From positions 1 through 30,372 of the IMG/VR virus record IMGVR_UViG_3300020044_006527: a stretch of 30,372 nucleotides of DNA; one strand, written 5' to 3'. Positions within the stretch are counted from its first letter, which is position 1. Each line of letters begins with the position of its first letter. The stretch is from a virus (lineage: Duplodnaviria; Caudoviricetes). The notes beneath the pieces are model-generated. The model was not told the DNA's origin. It saw only the letters and a program-made list of their open reading frames with translations, and searched no databases. The position numbers and the translations under genes are program-made. Of this stretch, positions 8,112 through 15,481 are shown piece after piece.

Positions 8112-8121
8112 TGCGAGCGTG

Positions 8122-8274
8122 TCACTCTTCAAGGCGTAGTGCCTCCTGTGCGATCTTGATGAGGTCGCCGAACTTGGTGTGTCGGTAGGCGCGTGGTGTG
8201 CGTTTCATGCGTTCGATCTGCTCGAGGGCGAGCTTGTATCGTTCGTGTTCTTCGCTGATGTCGCGCGGACTCAT
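8122..8274 (-). CDS. Hypothetical protein, 50 aa
   Basis: Homologue of 1792..1944. Confidence 0.7.
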   Translation of the reverse strand: MSPRDISEEHERYKLALEQIERMKRTPRAYRHTKFGDLIKIAQEALRLEE

Positions 8275-8573
8275 ACGCCTGTTTCCTCATTCATTGCTTG
8301 CGTGTGGATCTGGTACATGGCGTTGTAGAGGATGAAGTCGAGGATTTCTTCGGATGCTTCGGCGATGAGCCAGGACGAGTCGGCGTGTGTCATCCATTTG
8401 CCGCCGTGTTCGGCTTCGCCTTTGCGGAACTTCCGCTCGAGGTGTTGGAAGAGTTCCGGGTTTTCGAGGATTTCGTCTAGTGCGTTGTGGCACCGGTTGA
8501 TTGCTTGTGGGATGTGTTCGAGGATTGTGGGCCATACGTCACGCTTGGCGCGGAGCTCGTCAATGGTGGTCAT
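8271..8573 (-). CDS. Hypothetical protein, possibly all-alpha NTP pyrophosphohydrolase-like
   Basis: Homologue of 1493..1795. Confidence 0.65.
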   Translation of the reverse strand: MTTIDELRAKRDVWPTILEHIPQAINRCHNALDEILENPELFQHLERKFRKGEAEHGGKWMTHADSSWLIAEASEEILDFILYNAMYQIHTQAMNEETGV

Positions 8574-8803
8574 GCTGCTAGTGCTTCCTCATTGGTGGTG
8601 GGGTGTGGTTTCTGATCGGCGGGGACGAGAATGAAGTCTGTTCCATCGATGACGGCGTGCGAGTAGAGCCGGTTTAGTCGGCTTACGGTTTGCTTTGCAA
8701 TTTGCTCGTCGGTGAGGCCGTCACGTTTGGCGAGGATGCTGAGTAGGACATCCTCGAGGTATTTCTTCTTTCCGAGCGTGCTCAGAATGGTCAGAGTGGT
8801 CAT
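8570..8803 (-). CDS. Hypothetical phage protein, 77 aa
   Basis: Homologue of 1263..1496; RBS present. Confidence 0.75.
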   Translation of the reverse strand: MTTLTILSTLGKKKYLEDVLLSILAKRDGLTDEQIAKQTVSRLNRLYSHAVIDGTDFILVPADQKPHPTTNEEALAA

Positions 8804-8804
8804 T

Positions 8805-8879
8805 CTAGAAGTTCCCTTTTGTGAGGATGATCGCAAGTAGAACAAGTAGGAGGCAGCCGACGAGTGCTTCAAGCGTCAT
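8805..8879 (-). CDS. 24-aa hydrophobic peptide
   Basis: MTLEALVGCLLLVLLAIILTKGNF; homologue of 1187..1261. Confidence 0.55.
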   Translation of the reverse strand: MTLEALVGCLLLVLLAIILTKGNF

Positions 8880-9039
8880 GGTTGAGTCCTCTGACGATTC
8901 TGATGGCTTCGTCTAGTGATCGTCGCCGAGCGCTCCAATAGAGGAGTGGATTGAGGCCGCGGCGTACGCGCAGCTCTTGCTCGCATTCGCGGCGTGCCTG
9001 GACGAGTGCGCGCATGATGCGCCACGTTTCGGCGTTCAC
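8869..9039 (-). CDS. Hypothetical basic protein, 56 aa
   Basis: Homologue of 1024..1197 with an in-frame 1-codon indel. Confidence 0.7.
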   Translation of the reverse strand: MNAETWRIMRALVQARRECEQELRVRRGLNPLLYWSARRRSLDEAIRIVRGLNHDA

Positions 9040-9137
9040 TTCGCGCCTCGGTGTCGCGCGTATTCAACGATGAGGACGATGATGGTGAATACGGCGAGTC
9101 CCCATACGAGAATGTTGAGGAGTGTGTCTGCGTTCAT
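9036..9137 (-). CDS. 33-aa single-pass membrane peptide
   Basis: Homologue of 926..1027. Confidence 0.7.
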   Translation of the reverse strand: MNADTLLNILVWGLAVFTIIVLIVEYARHRGAK

Positions 9138-9820
9138 GCGATCGTCTCGCCGTCAGGAGCGAAGCCCCAGAAGCCGAATTGTGTGTGTACGTCCCAGACG
9201 GTCGAGCCGTAGCGTTGTCCAGCATCGTACGAGCCGCGCATGTGTTGTCCGATGCGCGCGTGTTTCCAGAAGAGGAAGAAGCACGCCCAGAGCTGATCGC
9301 GCGGCGAGAGTTGATCCATACTCGACGGCCACGAGGCGTGGCGGATCTCTTGAAAATTGGCGATGGTTAGCCCGCATCCTCCGGGGAACGAATAGTTTCC
9401 GCGTTGTTTCCATGCGACAGCAGCCCACCCGTATCCCTTGGCTGGTTGTTCGCGTTTGCAGATTTCAAGGTAGACCTTGTATCCGGGCGGCAGGTTTGCA
9501 AGTTGCGGCTTGTATGTGACGCGCTGCGAAGCATCACCCGATCCGATACGGATCGTCTTTGCGTTTGCGTAATCAGCGCCGGCGAGTCCGATGAGGTAGA
9601 CGATGATGACGAGTGCGATGCCGATGAAGAGTCCGCGCGTGAAGCTCTTTGCGGCGCGCTTCTCATTCTTGACGGCTTCGCGGCGTCGCCCGATTTCGAT
9701 GCCTACTTCTCGAGCGAGGATACGATCGCGAGCGTTGCGTCGTTCGATCTGCTCGGTCGTCCATTCCCACTCGCCGCACGGTTCACTCGTCGGCTTGGGC
9801 TTCGTCGTTGTGTTGCTCAT
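9134..9820 (-). CDS. Membrane-anchored Rpf-like (lysozyme-fold) transglycosylase
   Basis: AAGGGAGG RBS; TM helix GLFIGIALVIIVYLIGL; YLEICKRE, FPGGCGL, DQLSPRDQL, TVWD resemble Rpf IAQCE, YGGLQF, ASREEQI, GAWP. Confidence 0.65.
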   Translation of the reverse strand: MSNTTTKPKPTSEPCGEWEWTTEQIERRNARDRILAREVGIEIGRRREAVKNEKRAAKSFTRGLFIGIALVIIVYLIGLAGADYANAKTIRIGSGDASQRVTYKPQLANLPPGYKVYLEICKREQPAKGYGWAAVAWKQRGNYSFPGGCGLTIANFQEIRHASWPSSMDQLSPRDQLWACFFLFWKHARIGQHMRGSYDAGQRYGSTVWDVHTQFGFWGFAPDGETIA

Positions 9821-9869
9821 TGTGAGCCTCCCTTGGTAGTGGTGCCGATTAGGTTCGGCTCTTCGGGGT

Positions 9870-10394
9870 TTAGTCCTGCAAGGAGTCCGCACTATACGCC
9901 GCGCGTGCTGCGTATGCAATGCAGATCGCATCAGCCGAGTCCTGGTCGAGCGTGTCGGCCCATCCACTCTGAATGCACGATATGTCGCATATACGCACGG
10001 AATATGACATGGCGCCCTCTTTGCCTTTACGCGGTAAAGATAGGAGTGCGCGCCATGATTGGGGCATGACGCGCTCAATCGTTGCGTACGGGAAGCTCGT
10101 CAGGGCGAATGCTTCGGCGTGACCAATGCAGCGCGCGTGGTTGAGGCTGCCTTGCCGGTTCGGTCCGAGCCATGCGTCTTCGATGACGATCGCGCGTGTC
10201 TGCTCATGCGTGATGCGTTCGATGCGTCGTGCTTCGTCACGGATTAGTTTCCAAGCGTCACGCCGATCCGCCAAGCCCTCTTTGGTATGGATCGTGGCGA
10301 ATGCGAGGAGCGTTTCGTCGTAGATGATCGCGTACGCGGTGCGGAGGAGGCTCGTGTCCAGGCCGATGATGATGCCAGACCGAGCCTCCCCCAT
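9870..10394 (-). CDS. RuvC-like Holliday junction resolvase
   Basis: IIGLDTSLLRTAYA, IVIED, PQSWR, DSADAICIA acidic triad pattern. Confidence 0.85.
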   Translation of the reverse strand: MGEARSGIIIGLDTSLLRTAYAIIYDETLLAFATIHTKEGLADRRDAWKLIRDEARRIERITHEQTRAIVIEDAWLGPNRQGSLNHARCIGHAEAFALTSFPYATIERVMPQSWRALLSLPRKGKEGAMSYSVRICDISCIQSGWADTLDQDSADAICIAYAARAAYSADSLQD

Positions 10395-10396
10395 GA

Positions 10397-10903
10397 CTAG
10401 ACCGCCGTCTGTTCGAGTTTGATGCTGCGTCGCTTCTCGGGGAGATGCGGCTCGAGCTCGTCCGCCAATCCGGCCGGACACGTTTCGATGTAGTTCTGGA
10501 TCTTCGCCGGCGTTACGTGCGCCTGGAGGGGCGCGATGTTATCGACGGCTTCCCACGGAATCGCACCATCCGCCGCGCACCGCTCCATGATCTCGCGGAT
10601 CCGCTGAGACGCGATGCCACTAACGCTCGCACGACTGATGCTCTCCTTCGCGGTGCCGTACTCCGTAATGATCGGACCCGCTAGAGAGTGAATCCGCACG
10701 CCGAGCTCTGGCTCAACGCTCGTGCTGATCATGCGAGCAAGATCACGCAGATGCTGCGCGACGAGTCCCCACGCGACGAGATCATCATTCGACGCATCCG
10801 CCACCGGCAGAATCTCACCGTCTAGCGTGATGAGTTCGCCATGCTCTGCGAGTCCACGCAGTTGCGTGATGTTCGCGGGAGGAACGTACGGAACGAGACT
10901 CAT
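10397..10903 (-). CDS. Hypothetical phage protein, 168 aa
   Basis: TGATG-coupled to upstream gene; fills the operon. Confidence 0.8.
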   Translation of the reverse strand: MSLVPYVPPANITQLRGLAEHGELITLDGEILPVADASNDDLVAWGLVAQHLRDLARMISTSVEPELGVRIHSLAGPIITEYGTAKESISRASVSGIASQRIREIMERCAADGAIPWEAVDNIAPLQAHVTPAKIQNYIETCPAGLADELEPHLPEKRRSIKLEQTAV

Positions 10904-11337
10904 CAGAACGGAATGTCGTCGTCGGTCGTCGGCGCGACACTACTGACGGGAGCCGTCGTCGGCGTGCTCGTCATGTCGGGGATCGTGGTTGGCGTTGTCG
11001 GAGCGTTTGTGAGCTGCCAACCACTCCTGCCGTTGGATTCCCAGCGTCCGAGGTAGAACGGGCCGACGGCATCAGCACCATTGGCGACGGCGATGCTGAT
11101 CCGCTTTGCCTGTTCGATGCGTGACGCGCTTGCCTGGAAGGCTAGGCGAGCATCGTCCTTGCCCTTCTCTTTGATCGTGAAGATCGTCTGCGTCCCGTAA
11201 TTCCCTTCCTGCTCGGCGATCGCGCCGGTGATGTAGAACGGGCGCTGCTCGGTGTGTAGGGCGGCTTTGTCGTCCTTGTCGAGATAGACGCCGCCGCCTC
11301 CTGCGAGGATCTCATCTGCGCTAACAATGTTTGCCAT
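10903..11337 (-). CDS. Putative single-stranded DNA-binding protein
   Basis: GGGAGG RBS; beta-rich core, T/P linker, C-terminal DDDIPF tail. Confidence 0.65.
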   Translation of the reverse strand: MANIVSADEILAGGGGVYLDKDDKAALHTEQRPFYITGAIAEQEGNYGTQTIFTIKEKGKDDARLAFQASASRIEQAKRISIAVANGADAVGPFYLGRWESNGRSGWQLTNAPTTPTTIPDMTSTPTTAPVSSVAPTTDDDIPF

Positions 11338-11418
11338 GACTATGTGCCTCCCGGCTTGTCGGGCTGTAGTGGAAAGCCGAACCATACACGACGGTATCGG
11401 ACGCCTCTATATTTTTTG

Positions 11419-11458
11419 TGTCTAGGCACTTGACAAGGGGATGGTTTGCCCCTATCTT
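11419..11458 (+). promoter_or_regulatory. Sigma70/SigA promoter with overlapping inverted repeats
   Basis: TTGACA (11430)-17 bp-TATCTT (11453); TGTCTAG-gca-CTTGACA and AGGGG-N8-CCCCT dyads. Confidence 0.8.
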
Positions 11459-11494
11459 TTGTGCATGGCAACCACCACTCAAGGAGAAGCAGCC

Positions 11495-11779
11495 ATGAAT
11501 ACGACCGACAAGATCTACGACGCCAGCATCAATCGTTGGGTAGACGCGGCAATCATTCGCGAAGTAACGGCGACCGAGATTCTGCATCTCGCATCAAAGA
11601 TGCCTTACGCAGCTGACGAAGATGCTCGGAACTCCTACGATTATCTCTCCAATCGCTTCGGATTCTGGCCTTTCCGTAACGCCACGGCAATCGAAGGCCC
11701 AGAGGTGCTCATGGAGCGATCTCTGATGATCCGCGCCGCTGCCGAGAACGCCGCCATCTCTCAGGAGGTGGCGGCATGA
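11495..11779 (+). CDS. Hypothetical early protein
   Basis: AAGGAG RBS at 11481; alternative in-frame leaderless ATG at 11465. Confidence 0.75.
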   Translation: MNTTDKIYDASINRWVDAAIIREVTATEILHLASKMPYAADEDARNSYDYLSNRFGFWPFRNATAIEGPEVLMERSLMIRAAAENAAISQEVAA

Positions 11780-11964
11780 GCGCCATCTACCTCAACGACA
11801 ATGGGCGCTGCACGTGCTCTGATCATGCTGGCGAGTATCTCCGCAAGAGCATCACGGAGAAGCCCGACGCGCAGTTCCACAAGACTCCGCTCGAAACGTG
11901 GGAACGCTTTGATGCTGACGATATTCGTTCGTATGGTCTTGATTGTGACGAGTGCGCACGATGA
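11776..11964 (+). CDS. Small Cys/His Zn-binding-like protein
   Basis: CTCSDH...CDEC; GGAGG RBS; ATGA overlap. Confidence 0.7.
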   Translation: MSAIYLNDNGRCTCSDHAGEYLRKSITEKPDAQFHKTPLETWERFDADDIRSYGLDCDECAR

Positions 11965-12143
11965 GCGAGTGGTTGTATGAGCCGGTTGTCTGGTCGGATT
12001 CGTGGCGGCGTGGCGAGTGGATTGTGTCGCGTCATCCGCGCCGACATAACGGGTATTACGTCGTGTCGCATCGTGGAGAAGAAGTAGCGTTGAAGGATTC
12101 GCTCGAGTTGGCAAAACGATTCGTGGAAAGGCAGACGACATGA
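11961..12143 (+). CDS. Hypothetical protein, 60 aa
   Basis: ATGA overlaps on both sides. Confidence 0.65.
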   Translation: MSEWLYEPVVWSDSWRRGEWIVSRHPRRHNGYYVVSHRGEEVALKDSLELAKRFVERQTT

Positions 12144-12382
12144 CGAGTAGCATGACGATCCGTGACGAGCTCGCGAAGTCTGCCGCGTTTGTCGCGAGTG
12201 CGGAGAGTGTCCTGGATGCTGCGAAGCGTGAGCGTGACGCGCTAATCATCACCGCAAACATTGGCGGACTCTCGCTCAGAACGATTGCCGACCTTGCTGG
12301 CGTGTCGCATCAGACGGTGGCGAATGTGGTGGCGGCACGGGCTGCCACCACTACGAGCCAGCCCGTGCCACCCGTCGAATAG
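12140..12382 (+). CDS. Helix-turn-helix DNA-binding protein
   Basis: GLSLRTIADLAGVSHQTVANVV. Confidence 0.85.
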   Translation: MTSSMTIRDELAKSAAFVASAESVLDAAKRERDALIITANIGGLSLRTIADLAGVSHQTVANVVAARAATTTSQPVPPVE

Positions 12383-12398
12383 TACGCGATAATGCGGG

Positions 12399-12466
12399 TG
12401 GCGGATTCCCTCCCCCGCCAGCCGGGTCCGCGACTCCTCGATTGAGGCGCGGACCCGGCACCCTCT
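12399..12466 (+). ncRNA. Two-hairpin structured element (candidate sRNA and/or terminator)
   Basis: TGGCGG/CCGCCA stem with ATTCCCTCCC loop; perfect 12-bp GCCGGGTCCGCG/CGCGGACCCGGC stem; upstream GTGCCA-17-GATAAT. Confidence 0.4.
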
Positions 12467-12470
12467 CGCC

Positions 12471-12500
12471 TTGACGCGGACCAATAGGTGCGACTAGAGT
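12471..12500 (+). promoter_or_regulatory. Putative promoter
   Basis: TTGACG-18 bp-TAGAGT upstream of GAAAGG RBS. Confidence 0.5.
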
Positions 12501-12526
12501 CGGGCGACCACTACGAAAGGCACATG

Positions 12527-12685
12527 ATGAGTAACAAGCGACGCAAGCGGCTCGGCTCGGAGAAGATCCGCCGCAACCTGGAAACACGGATTCTGCGTGG
12601 ACGATTGAAGGCGGAGGCGAAGCAGCTTCGCGCTGAGGCTTGCGCGTTGCGTGTGGCTATGAGTGCTGATCGCGGGGCTGAGTAG
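12527..12685 (+). CDS. Small basic protein
   Basis: GAAAGG RBS; TAGTG overlap with next gene. Confidence 0.6.
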   Translation: MSNKRRKRLGSEKIRRNLETRILRGRLKAEAKQLRAEACALRVAMSADRGAE

Positions 12686-13110
12686 TGCAGGGGAAGCGTT
12701 CGCCGGCGGCGTTGTTGATGCGTGAGTATGGCGTGTCGACGATGATGCTTGCGCGTGTGCTGGGTGTGGGTGATTCGCATGTGTTTCGGTATACGAATGG
12801 GCATCGGCGTTTGTCGGCGGTGATGATGTCGAAGATTCGTCGCGAGTTTCCGATGGTTGCGGACGAGCTTATTGCGGCGTGTGCTGCGGCTCGAGTGTTG
12901 CGTACGGCGGAGCCTGCGAGGATTGTTCGGGTGCGTGCTCCGAAGCGGCGTTGGCAACCTGTCGCGCAGGCTGCTGATCCTGATTGGGATGGCGAGCTCT
13001 ACACGATCGAAGAATGGCGATCCTTGTTTGGAGCGCCTGGCTCTTCGCAGGGTGTGAGTGGTCGCGTTGAGGGATTCTTTCCGACCGAGCCTTGCTTCTT
13101 AGGCGAGTAA
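12685..13110 (+). CDS. XRE/Cro-like HTH protein
   Basis: LMREYGVSTMMLARVLGVGDSHVFRYTNGHRRLS. Confidence 0.7.
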   Translation: MQGKRSPAALLMREYGVSTMMLARVLGVGDSHVFRYTNGHRRLSAVMMSKIRREFPMVADELIAACAAARVLRTAEPARIVRVRAPKRRWQPVAQAADPDWDGELYTIEEWRSLFGAPGSSQGVSGRVEGFFPTEPCFLGE

Positions 13111-13111
13111 C

Positions 13112-14113
13112 CTAGTCGAGCCAGATGATGTATTCGGCGGTGACGCGTCCCGCGTCCGGATCGATGAAGTGGAGGCGTTGCGATGGTAGTCCTTTTGCGG
13201 CTACGAACTCGCGCGCATACTCACTACCCGATTCGGTGCTGCCGGTCATGAAGACGCGACCACCATTCGCAATCTGAAACTGCGACACGTGATGATAATG
13301 CCCGAGGTATGCGTCTTGGAATGGTTCGGTAACGCCCGAGCTCCACGCCGTCGTTTTACGAATAATCCCGAATGCCGGGGTATTCCCGCCAAAGCTCTTG
13401 ATCTGATCACCATGCACGAGCATCGCGCGATACGCGCCAGCCTCGACAATCTCGTACCAACCCGAAGGCTCGTGCCAGACGAGGCGCTCTTGCCGCAGCT
13501 TGTCTCGGACGATCCGACACAGAATGCGATCCCAATTGTCGGGAACGCCGTCTGTCTTCTTTCCGATTCTTCCGTGATTACCGGCGACCTCATAGACGCG
13601 GACCGTTTTGAAGTGCTGAAGTAGCTCGAGGAGGACGGCTTCGATCAGATTCGCAGCCTCAAAGACCATCCCAAATAGCGTCGAATCAACCTCGAATGGT
13701 TGTCCTGGGAACGTCTGGATGTTCTCGATCATGTCGCCACCGAGCATCACGATGATCTCATCGACGGGGTGCGCGGCACGTTGGATCTCCGTCAGGCGAA
13801 GCGTCTTCGCAACGACACGCATCACGCGCTCTTTGCAGACCTCCGTAGAGTACGAGCTTGTCTCCTTGCCGAGTTGCCAATCCGTCAAGTGCAAGAGGGC
13901 CGTTTCTGCGCCGGCGCGTTTATCTCGCTTAGGAGGCTTCACACTTGGCGGATATCCAGCGATCCGCGCAGCATCATGCGCGGCACGCTCAACGGCTTCG
14001 ATGAGATCCGCGTTCTTCGCCTTCGCCTTCGCAAGTTGTCGCTGCAAACGTTGGCACGTTCGCGCGAGATCCTCATCCTTCTCGGCCTGTTCGATCTCAT
14101 CACGAATACTCAT
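13112..14113 (-). CDS. Calcineurin-like metallophosphoesterase with N-terminal coiled coil
   Basis: HLTDWQLG, GGDMIE, GNHG, HGD, GHYH motifs. Confidence 0.88.
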   Translation of the reverse strand: MSIRDEIEQAEKDEDLARTCQRLQRQLAKAKAKNADLIEAVERAAHDAARIAGYPPSVKPPKRDKRAGAETALLHLTDWQLGKETSSYSTEVCKERVMRVVAKTLRLTEIQRAAHPVDEIIVMLGGDMIENIQTFPGQPFEVDSTLFGMVFEAANLIEAVLLELLQHFKTVRVYEVAGNHGRIGKKTDGVPDNWDRILCRIVRDKLRQERLVWHEPSGWYEIVEAGAYRAMLVHGDQIKSFGGNTPAFGIIRKTTAWSSGVTEPFQDAYLGHYHHVSQFQIANGGRVFMTGSTESGSEYAREFVAAKGLPSQRLHFIDPDAGRVTAEYIIWLD

Positions 14114-14337
14114 ACGCACATCCTGCGATGCCGGCGGATCTGCTTACCCTCAGCATTGATCTGATAGCCTCGCTCGCCGAGTGCTCGAGCAATAGCAGTC
14201 GCGGCAATCGTAGAATCGTCCAGGCACTCTACGAGCTCTGCCGCATCCTCTTTACTCATATCGCTAATGCAGTAGCAGACGGCGCATTCGTAGCGTGGCT
14301 TCGTGTTCTCGCGCATGATGTCGTCTCGCAATCCCAT
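14110..14337 (-). CDS. Small putative Zn-binding/HTH-like protein
   Basis: AGGAGGGG RBS; CAVC...AIARALGERG...HRRMC; ATGA-coupled to the phosphoesterase. Confidence 0.7.
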   Translation of the reverse strand: MGLRDDIMRENTKPRYECAVCYCISDMSKEDAAELVECLDDSTIAATAIARALGERGYQINAEGKQIRRHRRMCV

Positions 14338-14389
14338 CAGATCCCCTCCTGGTCGCCACTAATCGTACGCCACTCGTGACGATTGTCCT

Positions 14390-15100
14390 CTACGTGATGC
14401 GAATGATGATCTGCGGCGGCTTCGCATTGCGATTGCGACGCCACAAGCCCGAACCATCCGCCTGCGACCCGTACTCGCTCGAGCTCGTATTGCCTTCAAT
14501 GCTGACGCACGCGCCCGTCACAAGATTCGGACGCGACACGAGCAATCCAATGTGATCCTGCTGCTTATCCTCATCGAACTGATACGTGATCGCATCACCC
14601 TGACGACTCGAGCGCCACCCGATGATACTCATGCCGTACTTCTTCTGCTCGGCAGCAGCGACCCAATCAGGAACGAACGCCTCATTCATACCCTTGCAGA
14701 ACGCAGCCCAACTCTTCCAACCAGCACACCGATACGCCCACGAAGTCGTGGCGGCACACCACGGCCACGCACCCGGCGCGAGCTGCGAACCGAGCTTCTG
14801 AATCTCCTCAACATACGGGCCACGATTATTGCCCCATGTCTCGAGCGGACCCTCAACAATACGCATACACCACGTAGCGCGCTCAGGCATCGTCCCCGGC
14901 AAGTCCTTACCAATCACCAGCAGCGTCTTCGGCGTAAGATCACCGGTCTGCTTGATGCGATTCTTCCGCTGCACACGCTTACAAAGTTCGCGCGCCGCAC
15001 TCCCGTACGTATCGCTTAGGTTGAAGCCTTTCGGGATCTGGATGCCGGCACGCTTCGCATAATCGCGAAGCGCGATCTTGGCTGCCTGACGATGCGTCAC
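14390..15100 (-). CDS. Endolysin: peptidoglycan-binding-like domain + CHAP amidase/peptidase
   Basis: PWCAATTSW, DHIGLL, SIEGNTS catalytic pattern; N-terminal YG...VQRKNRIKQTG. Confidence 0.88.
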   Translation of the reverse strand: MTHRQAAKIALRDYAKRAGIQIPKGFNLSDTYGSAARELCKRVQRKNRIKQTGDLTPKTLLVIGKDLPGTMPERATWCMRIVEGPLETWGNNRGPYVEEIQKLGSQLAPGAWPWCAATTSWAYRCAGWKSWAAFCKGMNEAFVPDWVAAAEQKKYGMSIIGWRSSRQGDAITYQFDEDKQQDHIGLLVSRPNLVTGACVSIEGNTSSSEYGSQADGSGLWRRNRNAKPPQIIIRIT

Positions 15101-15273
15101 GAGCGGCGAGGATCGGTGACAACATAACCCGCGACTGCGATGATGATCGTGATGAGAGCGCCCTGGACGAGCTCGGGAATCTCAAAGCCTGCAAGGCTCG
15201 CGCCCCACACGATAATCGTGACGAGTGCCGCAGCGAGCGTACTAGCAGCAACCTTCGGACTGACATTCTTCAT
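15097..15273 (-). CDS. Holin, 58 aa, two TM segments
   Basis: MKNVSPKVAASTLAAALVTIIVWGASLAGFEIPELVQGALITIIIAVAGYVVTDPRRS; GGAGG RBS; GTGA overlap with endolysin. Confidence 0.8.
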   Translation of the reverse strand: MKNVSPKVAASTLAAALVTIIVWGASLAGFEIPELVQGALITIIIAVAGYVVTDPRRS

Positions 15274-15292
15274 AGCGTTCCCTCCTCAGGGG

Positions 15293-15481
15293 TTAGATGA
15301 TCTGCGTGACGACGGCTGTTACAGCACCCGTCACGGCACTAATGGTAGCGATAATCGCCACAAGCTGACCCTTCGTCATATCAGAACCACGCCGCATCGC
15401 CTCACGCTCCTCCAACTTCAGAAGCCGAGCCTCGATCCGATCAAGGCTACGAAAGATGCGATCGATCTCAGCGTCACTCAT
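15293..15481 (-). CDS. Coiled-coil + C-terminal TM lysis-module membrane protein
   Basis: LDRIEARLLKLEERE then hydrophobic tail; adjacent to holin. Confidence 0.75.
   Translation of the reverse strand: MSDAEIDRIFRSLDRIEARLLKLEEREAMRRGSDMTKGQLVAIIATISAVTGAVTAVVTQII

Noticed and set aside
1-9318. Terminal inverted repeats or a simple fold-back read artefact
   Set aside because: Copies differ by many synonymous substitutions and by whole cassettes, and block order is permuted; a fold-back or true ITR would be near-identical and colinear.
9821-10078. N-terminal extension of the 314-aa ORF
   Set aside because: Overlaps the RuvC-like gene in another frame; a strong RBS supports ATG 9820.
12399-12466. 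tRNA gene
   Set aside because: Two adjacent hairpins, no cloverleaf, no TTC T-loop or acceptor stem.
11340-13110. Integrase, attP or site-specific invertase
   Set aside because: No tyrosine or serine recombinase motifs in any ORF, so lysogeny or enzyme-driven inversion is unsupported within this window.
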